Below are positions 26,981 to 34,267 of a stretch of DNA of 42,797 nt, in pieces. Numbering within the stretch: the first letter of the stretch is position 1; every line of letters begins with the position of its first letter. A model generated the notes under the pieces. It was not told the origin of the DNA, made no database searches, and was given only the letters and a program-made list of their open reading frames with translations. The translations under genes and the position numbers were made by a program. Where the stretch lies: assembly GCA_964577025.1 (NCBI GenBank), contig CAZNVT010000004.1, positions 1-42,797 of the forward strand, written 5' to 3'. Source of the stretch: an uncultured Candidatus Saccharibacteria bacterium (GTDB taxonomy: Bacteria; Patescibacteriota; Minisyncoccia; Phycocordibacterales; Phycocordibacteraceae).

Positions 26981-27499
26981 TCAGACCAGGTCTGAAAGTG
27001 TAGTAATAGTACGCCATCTGCCATCTCCTGTCTTATGGTCTCTGCGCATTTCATATAACACAGCGTGCGGGGCATATGTTTCCAATAATTCCAGCTCCAC
27101 CGGCACATCATCAACAAATACAGGGTTGCTTCCATACATTCCAATATGGGGTCCTAAAAAGACACCCTTACGAACCTCGCCCGTATAAATCGTTGAAATG
27201 CGTGGAATGCCATAGATAGCACTTTCCACTTTCGCTCTTTGCAAGTGGGCATTTCCGTGGGTGATTAAGAGTACGCCGTTTTCTTTATCGCGCAGGAATC
27301 GCGCAGCGTCTTCGTACAAATACTGCGAAAGTTCCCCGGGGGCAAACTGCAATGTTCCCATCTCAACGTCCTTATTGAGGATGCGTCCTAATTCTTCACC
27401 AGAAAGATGTGCGTATTGTCTGGCGTGGGGATGGGTCGCAAGATACTCCATAAAGGCGTCAGTATCGAAACAGGTACGGTCAAAGTCGAGGAGATACAT
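26981..27499 (-). CDS. Small HAD-superfamily hydrolase-like protein
   Basis: 172 aa. The N-terminus MYLLDFDRTCFDT carries the DxD motif I. The remainder is weakly informative. The start overlaps the upstream stop by 1 nt (TAATG). Confidence 0.6.
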   Translation of the reverse strand: MYLLDFDRTCFDTDAFMEYLATHPHARQYAHLSGEELGRILNKDVEMGTLQFAPGELSQYLYEDAARFLRDKENGVLLITHGNAHLQRAKVESAIYGIPRISTIYTGEVRKGVFLGPHIGMYGSNPVFVDDVPVELELLETYAPHAVLYEMRRDHKTGDGRWRTITTLSDLV

Positions 27500-28473
27500 T
27501 ATGATAGAAGTTTACCTAATTCTCTCGCAATAAAGTTTGAATCGTGGCGCATCAGTGAGCGACGCACGGGGTCGTTTGGTAGTGGTGGCACGATGTTTAG
27601 GGATGCAAGGGACCCACGAATAACTCTCGGGTCTTCTTCCATATCGTCTTCAAGTGGGAACTCTCCCTCATTTGCGTACCAAGACAGCACCTCCGGGGAG
27701 AATCCTTCGTTGTGTACCAATATGTGGTCGATACTTTTTCCCGCGTATCTCTCAACTTCTGCGCAGTGCTTCGAAAGCGCGTATCCGTCCGTCTCACCGG
27801 CTTTAGTAAACAAATTTGCTACGTACACGATACGTCCAGAGGAAGCGCGTATTGCCTCTTGGGTGCCGTCGCCAAGGAGCGCCGCTATGGTGGATGAGTA
27901 CAGCAATCCCGGTCCAAGCACAATAAGGTCTGCCGCCTCGAGTGCGTCCTTTGCAGCAACAGTAATGGGAAGTGGTATCTCGTATGACAGCGCTTCTATA
28001 TGCGTATCAGCGGTACCACTTTCGCTAATAGTGTTCTGCCCGCGCACCGTACTTCCATCAGACAACAAAGCCTGCAGGGTTGCAGGGACCTCAGTGGCTG
28101 GGATTACCGTTCCGTCCACGCGCAGAATGCGCGAAGCTTCTTGTAGCGCAGCTTCGTTTGACCCGAGCACGTCGGTAAGTGCGGTAAGAAATAAATTGCC
28201 CAAGTTGTGGCCAGCAACATCTCCCTTCTCAAACCGATAGGCAAAGAGATCGCGCAGCACGTTTCCATCTGGTGCAAGCGCTACGAGCGCTTGGCGCGCG
28301 TCCCCTGGCGGCAGAAATCCATACGCATCACGCAGTCTCCCCGTGGACCCACCATCGTCTGCCATCGTCACAATAGCTGAAAGGGATAGGTTGGGAATCG
28401 TACGGAGCCCAGAAATAACGACGAATGTTCCGGTTCCTCCACCCACGGTGACTATGTTTTTGGTCTCGGTCAT
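27499..28473 (-). CDS. YvcK / CofD-family protein (UPF0052, gluconeogenesis-factor / 2-phospho-L-lactate-transferase fold)
   Basis: 324 aa. IVTVGGGTGTFVVISGL...AIVTMADDGGSTGRLRD...PPGDARQALVAL...LGPGLLYSS are signature blocks of the family. Confidence 0.9.
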   Translation of the reverse strand: MTETKNIVTVGGGTGTFVVISGLRTIPNLSLSAIVTMADDGGSTGRLRDAYGFLPPGDARQALVALAPDGNVLRDLFAYRFEKGDVAGHNLGNLFLTALTDVLGSNEAALQEASRILRVDGTVIPATEVPATLQALLSDGSTVRGQNTISESGTADTHIEALSYEIPLPITVAAKDALEAADLIVLGPGLLYSSTIAALLGDGTQEAIRASSGRIVYVANLFTKAGETDGYALSKHCAEVERYAGKSIDHILVHNEGFSPEVLSWYANEGEFPLEDDMEEDPRVIRGSLASLNIVPPLPNDPVRRSLMRHDSNFIARELGKLLS

Positions 28474-29579
28474 ACGAGCCGTGCAAGATCCTTAGCAATG
28501 CTTGAAGCTGATGAATCTGTTTCTTTGAGATGTTTCAGCGCGGCTTCCCTGCCAGCACTTCCAAGAGTTACTGCAACGCTTGGAGTGTTTACCAACGTGC
28601 GAATATGGATGGCAAGCGCACGCGGAGAACGCACCGGAGCAATAAGCGCGTCGCCCTTTCCAGTGAACACCTCACCTACTATTCCTACGTCCGTAGTAAT
28701 GACAGGAACACCCGCGAGTGCAGCCTCTACGAGGGTGCGCCCATAACCCTCATACGCACTAGCTTGAATGTATGCACTGCTGCTACGAATCATTCCCCAT
28801 GCAGCAGTGCTCCAGGTGCCTGTACAAATAACGCGATTTGTAAGTTTCAGTTTCTTTACGAGTTTCTGCACTCCAGGCAGCGCTCTTCCGTTACCTATGA
28901 CTATCAAACCTGCCTCTGGGCATTCAGTACGTAGTATAGAGAGCGCCTTCACAATGTCCGTGACTCGCTTCTCTGACTCAATTCTTCCTACGGTAACAAG
29001 AGGATATGAAAACGAATGTGCTGGCAGCGCATGAGGCTCTGGCAACACTGTATCTACCGCTATAGGAATAACGGTCGGTTCCACAATTCGCGTTCCGTAT
29101 CGTTCAACAAGACTGTCTTTAATACGTTTAGAAACAACGCGAATACCATTGGCTGAGCACAGTACCCTGCCCGCCATCCGCTGGCGTACCAAATTGAGGA
29201 GCGACATAGGAAATCGTGTAGCGCGTACAAATTCAGGAGACAGAAAATCGGTATGTATCTGTATGTGTAGTTTTGCTTGCGTATGCTGCACCGCGCGCAA
29301 TGCGGCAAGCCCGTGCTCAAACGGGTCCTGCGCTGATACCACTTCTATAGTGTGCCGAGAAATAAGTTGTTGTGCACGCTTTGTAAGCGCAGCCACTCGC
29401 AGATACTTGGGAACTGCAATTCCATAAATATGCAAATGTGCTTCCGTGTGCTCGAACGGCTTTGGTGCCGTAGTAAGAATATGTAATTCGCCAATTGCAG
29501 CGGCGTACTCACGCATACGAGCACGACTGGCTCCTTCTTCTGCAAGCGATGGGTCCGATCCAAGAAACAAAACATTCAT
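28470..29579 (-). CDS. GT4-family glycosyltransferase
   Basis: 369 aa. It has ASAYEGYGRTLVEAALAGVPVITTDVG. ATGA overlaps occur at both ends. Confidence 0.85.
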   Translation of the reverse strand: MNVLFLGSDPSLAEEGASRARMREYAAAIGELHILTTAPKPFEHTEAHLHIYGIAVPKYLRVAALTKRAQQLISRHTIEVVSAQDPFEHGLAALRAVQHTQAKLHIQIHTDFLSPEFVRATRFPMSLLNLVRQRMAGRVLCSANGIRVVSKRIKDSLVERYGTRIVEPTVIPIAVDTVLPEPHALPAHSFSYPLVTVGRIESEKRVTDIVKALSILRTECPEAGLIVIGNGRALPGVQKLVKKLKLTNRVICTGTWSTAAWGMIRSSSAYIQASAYEGYGRTLVEAALAGVPVITTDVGIVGEVFTGKGDALIAPVRSPRALAIHIRTLVNTPSVAVTLGSAGREAALKHLKETDSSASSIAKDLARLV

Positions 29580-30592
29580 ACAGAGATGTGACTTTGCTTA
29601 GTGAGTAAACTCACAAAAAGTTCGCGCCACTCCTGAGTCGCTTCTTTCCAGGTGCGTGTAACAGCTCCCTGATGACTCACGAAAGAATTCGAATCATTCA
29701 ATAATGAAACGATGGCGTGCTCCAAAGCGTCCTCGCTTCGCGTATCAACAAAGAGTCCATCGTTTCTATACTGGTCGCGTATACCGGTGTCCGTTGTAGT
29801 GATAAATGGCTTGCCATAGGCGATCGCCTCAAGAACGGTATTTGGAGACACCTCACTTATTGAGGGCTGTATGACACCCCGACAGCGGGCCAGCGCTTGC
29901 GTGTATGTGTGCGCAGGGACCGTGCCGGTTGTGAGCGTTACATTTGGATATGCATTGCGCAGGCGCTCCCAGACCCGAAGCAACAGAGCGATATTTTTGA
30001 CGGCCGTATCACGACCAAGAGCGAGTAGTTCATTTCCCATTTCTAAGTGGTGCTCGGGCTCAGGTAGTGCATTTGCGATAATTCGTGTTTTTGTGACTGA
30101 AATACCGTAGGGAGTTGCCCATAACTCCCGCTGCCATTGTGTTGTGAAAACTACTGCTGCGGATTGAGAAATCGTAATCCTCGTTAGCATACGGATAATT
30201 CGTTCCCGCATTACGAGTTTTCGAGGCTTTGAATAAAATTCGGAGAGTAGTACAGACTCCTTGGTTCGCTCCACAAACGTCTCCCACAAAAAATCTCCGC
30301 CCACACGAAGAATTATTCTTTTTCTAAAAATTCTTGCAAGAATCGTCGCTGGAAATCCGGTACTGACCGGATCAAGTGCCAGTATGATATCGGCGTGAGC
30401 AATGGGCTCAAGTAGACGTAAACAAAGAATAGCTTGTCGCACTACCGTTGGGACTCGCATTTCGGTTGCGGTCGGCGATACTACTCGCACATTGTCCCCC
30501 AGCCGGGTACATTCGTCCCGAATCTGCCCCGCCACAGAAGCAGGACCTCCAACACCCCCTTGTGGTATCGGGCTCGTAATAACGATGTTCAT
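29576..30592 (-). CDS. GT4-like (GT-B) glycosyltransferase
   Basis: 338 aa. It has QPSISEVSPNTVLEAIAYGKPFITT and the N-terminal GGVGGPA motif. Confidence 0.8.
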   Translation of the reverse strand: MNIVITSPIPQGGVGGPASVAGQIRDECTRLGDNVRVVSPTATEMRVPTVVRQAILCLRLLEPIAHADIILALDPVSTGFPATILARIFRKRIILRVGGDFLWETFVERTKESVLLSEFYSKPRKLVMRERIIRMLTRITISQSAAVVFTTQWQRELWATPYGISVTKTRIIANALPEPEHHLEMGNELLALGRDTAVKNIALLLRVWERLRNAYPNVTLTTGTVPAHTYTQALARCRGVIQPSISEVSPNTVLEAIAYGKPFITTTDTGIRDQYRNDGLFVDTRSEDALEHAIVSLLNDSNSFVSHQGAVTRTWKEATQEWRELFVSLLTKQSHISV

Positions 30593-30601
30593 ACCCCTAT
30601 T

Positions 30602-31804
30602 CTAACTCGTTAGGCGTCCAAAAAGTTGGCGCATAGATGAGGCGATAGAATCCCAGTCAAAGCCCGTCAGAGCCCGTTTTTTGGCGTTTGCCACTACCTC
30701 AACCACCTTCTGCGGGCGCTCCAGAATGTCCTGTACCGCGCCCGCAATCTGCTCTGGAGCGTCTGCGTCTACTGCCCAGCCAGTGGCATCTAGCTCCGGA
30801 TTTCGCTTCTCATCAAACATGAAGTCGCTAATGCCGCCCTCCTGAGTAGCTATCACCGGGAGCCCGGCTGCCATCGCCTCAATGAATGAATTCCCCATAC
30901 CCTCTGAGCGAGACGGGCGGGTAAAGATGTCGCAACACGCAAGCATCAGAGGCATTTCTTTGTGTCCTATTTGACCCATAAACCGCGCACGTGCTTCCAC
31001 TCCCTTTGTGCGTGCAAGCTCCTTCAGCTTGTCCTCGTCTGGACCAATGCCATAAATAAGGAAGTACACATTGTCTGGAAGATGTGTGAGCGCGTTGATG
31101 ACATCGTCTACGGCGTTTTTATGTACAAGCCTTGAAGTGGTAACAATAAATACATCTCCCTCCTTCTTACCAAGAGTATTCTTCATCGCCTGTATATCAC
31201 TCTCAGAAAATGTCTGCGTGAAGCGTGCCGTGTCTACACCATTTGGAATAACTTTTTCCTCTCCTCTAAATCCCATACGCTTTCCCCAAGTAAGGAGGAA
31301 TGTAGAAATTGGCTGCAGTGCGTCCGCTCGTACAAATCCCTGACGAAAGAGTGGCCACACTGGCTTCATCATTTTTTCTATGTACTCGGTTGGGTCTCCT
31401 TCTTGCAGGGTAAGCACATAGGGCACGCTCGGATTAAGCCACTTGAAGATACCTGCGGGAATAGCAGTTGCGTGCGCCATCATTGCCCACGTCATATCAA
31501 AATTGTGCTTTCGGTGAAGCGAGAGTGCGTGTGGCACTGCTAGCAGTTGGAACAAAAATTTATTGAGATGCAGTGGCATCTTTTTTAGGTCAGCAATGTT
31601 CGGTGATTTTGTCGCAAGACCAATACGGTGTACCGTCACATTTCCAATCTTTTCTGTCTTAGGCAGTGTCGAATCAAATCGACTAGTCACCATATGAAAC
31701 TCGTATTCCTTGGGCGATAGACGATCGGTAATTTCTTTTATGGCGACCTCTGCCCCACCCACAAATGGGTAGTACTGCAGAGAAAATATGAGTACTTTTT
31801 TCAT
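30602..31804 (-). CDS. GT4-family glycosyltransferase
   Basis: 400 aa. It has QYYPFVGGAEVAIKEI at the N-terminus and PSRSEGMGNSFIEAMAAGLPVIATQEGG. Confidence 0.88.
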   Translation of the reverse strand: MKKVLIFSLQYYPFVGGAEVAIKEITDRLSPKEYEFHMVTSRFDSTLPKTEKIGNVTVHRIGLATKSPNIADLKKMPLHLNKFLFQLLAVPHALSLHRKHNFDMTWAMMAHATAIPAGIFKWLNPSVPYVLTLQEGDPTEYIEKMMKPVWPLFRQGFVRADALQPISTFLLTWGKRMGFRGEEKVIPNGVDTARFTQTFSESDIQAMKNTLGKKEGDVFIVTTSRLVHKNAVDDVINALTHLPDNVYFLIYGIGPDEDKLKELARTKGVEARARFMGQIGHKEMPLMLACCDIFTRPSRSEGMGNSFIEAMAAGLPVIATQEGGISDFMFDEKRNPELDATGWAVDADAPEQIAGAVQDILERPQKVVEVVANAKKRALTGFDWDSIASSMRQLFGRLTS

Positions 31805-32652
31805 ACAACCCTAAACTCAGCGATGTACTCAGGAAGAGTGCGGCGTCGTTCCCAGCCCAGCGCGCGAGTTTTTGCCGTGTCAATTTCTGAACCCATTCTA
31901 TTTCCTGGCGTCTCAGGCATCATTTGTATTTCGCTCCCAAATAGTTGTGCTACTTCCAGTATTGAATATGCTGTTTCGTCTCCTATACCAAAGTCGTCAC
32001 CCAGCCCCTTTTCTCCCACTAATACTAGACCGTCAACTATGTCAGTGACGTGCGTAAAATTTCGTTTCTGTGTACCTGGCGCTGTTACGGTAAGCACTTC
32101 TCCCTTTAGAAACTTTTGTCTAAAAATCTCTATAACCGTACCGTAGGTGCCAGCACGTTCACCGGGACCGTACACATTATAAAAATAAGTAATAGCGTAT
32201 GGGAGTCCGTACCAGGCTCCGTAGTTACGCACAAGCTCGGTGTTCGTAGCCTTACTCCACGCGTACGGACTTTGGTCGCGACCAAGCCCCCCGTCACCAA
32301 ATTTTGTAGATGACCCAGCATAGACTATTTTGGATCCCCTTGCCCGACAAAACTCGAGTACGGCGCACGTTCCTAATTTATTGAGGTCCCAAACTAATGC
32401 AGGCTCCGTAAGACTTTTCTCGACGCGAGAATACTCACCCAGGTGGTACACGATATCTGGTTTTTCGGGAACCAAGGCTTCGATGTCTTTTGTATGTCCA
32501 TCTCGATACTCAACGCCCGGGATATGATTTTCGCGGCTGCCCGTAAAATAGTTATCGAGAGAGATGACCTTGTGCCCGTCACGCAAAAGCCGCTCGCACA
32601 GGTGCGAGCCGATGAATCCGGCTCCGCCGGTAACGAGAATGAGTTTGGACAT
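31801..32652 (-). CDS. Extended-SDR NAD-dependent sugar-nucleotide epimerase/dehydratase (UDP-xylose-synthase / 4-epimerase-like)
   Basis: It has ILVTGGAGFIGSHLCERLL and YAWSKATNE (YxxxK). The start is set at ATG 32652 (MSKLILV). The track start at 32691 is TTG and lies in the spacer. Confidence 0.85.
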   Translation of the reverse strand: MSKLILVTGGAGFIGSHLCERLLRDGHKVISLDNYFTGSRENHIPGVEYRDGHTKDIEALVPEKPDIVYHLGEYSRVEKSLTEPALVWDLNKLGTCAVLEFCRARGSKIVYAGSSTKFGDGGLGRDQSPYAWSKATNTELVRNYGAWYGLPYAITYFYNVYGPGERAGTYGTVIEIFRQKFLKGEVLTVTAPGTQKRNFTHVTDIVDGLVLVGEKGLGDDFGIGDETAYSILEVAQLFGSEIQMMPETPGNRMGSEIDTAKTRALGWERRRTLPEYIAEFRVV

Positions 32653-32836
32653 ATCGTGATTGAAGTATGTTCGAAAAATAGACGGATGCAAGGCGCGAGT
32701 GAGCGCCAGAAGCCCTTGAGCGAAGCGATTAGGGATTCAAGTACTCCTGGGGTGAAGCGCACCGAGCCGTATGAGCTATACGGTGAGGGAGCCTCGGAAT
32801 AAGCAACGCCGCAGCCGGCCTTTTTCGGACGTACTA

Positions 32837-34267
32837 TTAGAGTACGACGAGAACTGCTCCCGCAGCAACCAACAGTCCCAGAAATGAAGCAGTCCAAGGT
32901 GATTTTAGAAAAGACGGCATACTGTTTGCCACTGACGCCCCGAGCACACCAGGGTTCACTGGCGCGCTCGGGGCACGGGTTTCTTCATAGGTACTTGAAG
33001 CGTTAGTGTCTATCTGAGGTAGTGCGGCCTCTATCCCTTGTATACCTGCTTCAAAGGAAATAGGTTGCACGACAGGCACCATCAAGGTTTCCTGGGCTGG
33101 CGCGTCTACTGTTGCAGGCGTGGACGTTGCACGTACCAATTCGGAAACACTACTGCCGTCAGGAAACAGAAGGTGTACCGGGAGTGTGGAGGAACCAAGG
33201 CCGGTGATTGCCTGCGGAAAGTGTGCCTCCTGACCAGCTACAAGAACCGTATACGGAGGAAATGTGAATTTTCGTTCACCCTGTGCCAGATACCACGAGG
33301 ACAGGTCCACCATTTCGGCTCCGTTGTTTTTAAGCGTGACGCTTGTCTCATCGGATGTAATGACCTCTACCTTCGAATCGTCCACGCGCACAGACAGTGT
33401 AGACACCGCTTCGCTCGGACCTGCCTTTGCGTGAATGACGATTGTGTACGTACCAGACAGTACATAGGTATGAGCTACTTCCGTTCCCTCTCCACCAGAC
33501 CCATCGCCAAAACTCCAGTCGAATTTTGCATCCTTTCTTAGTTCGTTGTTGCTGTCGTATGCGTAGGCACGAAATACTGCAGATGCGCCTCGCGTCACAA
33601 TCTTTCCTGATCCCGCTTCTATATAGAGCACGGGCACCGGACTGGTGCGTTTACCTGTCACCACAGTAACCCCCGCCACACTTGGTTGAGGGGTCTGCGG
33701 ATCAGAGGTGGGTGTGGTAGGGGTATCTCCACTTGTGCTGGTGTCTGCAGAAATATTAGCCGCCCGAGGAGTCGGCTCTGCAGTAGTCCACCCATCACCG
33801 ATTCGCTGGGGTGTGAGTTTTTTAGTCGAAGAGCCTCCAATACTCTTTTCCCAACCCTCTGTAGCATCTATTTTATCGACCTCGCTCAGATCAGAGGCAA
33901 GTATTAAAACTTCTCCCTTGTCCGCAAGACCGTTTCCAAATGTGTGAGTAATATCTTCAGTTACTCCAGGAACTGGATCAGGGCAATTCTTTTCCGTTTT
34001 CCACGCTATTAAAAAATACCCATTTGCATTAATCGAGCCTGAAAGTGGCACATTCATACCACCGTCACCCGTAAACAATTTCCAGCCCGACAGGGACACC
34101 GGAGAAGCTTCCGTATTTGCAAGTTCTACCCATTCACAGAATGCCCCAGTGTCGGCACGAGTTCCCATCCACGCCACCTCACTAATAACAACAGCCGCGT
34201 GAACGGCTGAGAGGGGCGCCAGGAGCGCAACGACAATAAGTGAAAGTTTGGCGACTACCCTAGACAT
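32837..34267 (-). CDS. Secreted, C-terminally membrane-anchored lamin-tail-domain (LTD) / PKD-domain surface protein
   Basis: The start is ATG 34267 (MSRVVAKLSLIVVALLAPLSAVHA, a signal peptide). The track extension to 34387 lies inside the upstream gene. The LTD pattern is VVISEVAWMG...CEWVELANT...VSLSGWKL. A T/P-rich linker follows. The PKD pattern is FDWSFGDGSGGEGTEVAHTYVLSGTYTIVIHA. There is a second LTD-like segment, VTLKNNGAEMVDLSSWYL, and a C-terminal TM FLGLLVAAGAVLVVL. Confidence 0.8.
   Translation of the reverse strand: MSRVVAKLSLIVVALLAPLSAVHAAVVISEVAWMGTRADTGAFCEWVELANTEASPVSLSGWKLFTGDGGMNVPLSGSINANGYFLIAWKTEKNCPDPVPGVTEDITHTFGNGLADKGEVLILASDLSEVDKIDATEGWEKSIGGSSTKKLTPQRIGDGWTTAEPTPRAANISADTSTSGDTPTTPTSDPQTPQPSVAGVTVVTGKRTSPVPVLYIEAGSGKIVTRGASAVFRAYAYDSNNELRKDAKFDWSFGDGSGGEGTEVAHTYVLSGTYTIVIHAKAGPSEAVSTLSVRVDDSKVEVITSDETSVTLKNNGAEMVDLSSWYLAQGERKFTFPPYTVLVAGQEAHFPQAITGLGSSTLPVHLLFPDGSSVSELVRATSTPATVDAPAQETLMVPVVQPISFEAGIQGIEAALPQIDTNASSTYEETRAPSAPVNPGVLGASVANSMPSFLKSPWTASFLGLLVAAGAVLVVL

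Noticed and set aside
27407-28240. 277-aa plus-strand ORF, the longest unexplained ORF in the track
   Set aside because: It lies entirely antisense to the confidently identified YvcK/CofD-family gene (27499-28473). Its sequence is Ser/Ala/Pro-rich with low complexity and has no recognisable motif. It is a typical shadow ORF of a GC3-biased gene.
32653-32691. TTG-initiated extension of the SDR epimerase/dehydratase ORF
   Set aside because: The Rossmann motif follows the internal ATG (MSKLILVTGGAGFIG) by 6 residues, as in the family. The extension starts with TTG and covers the shared spacer motif.
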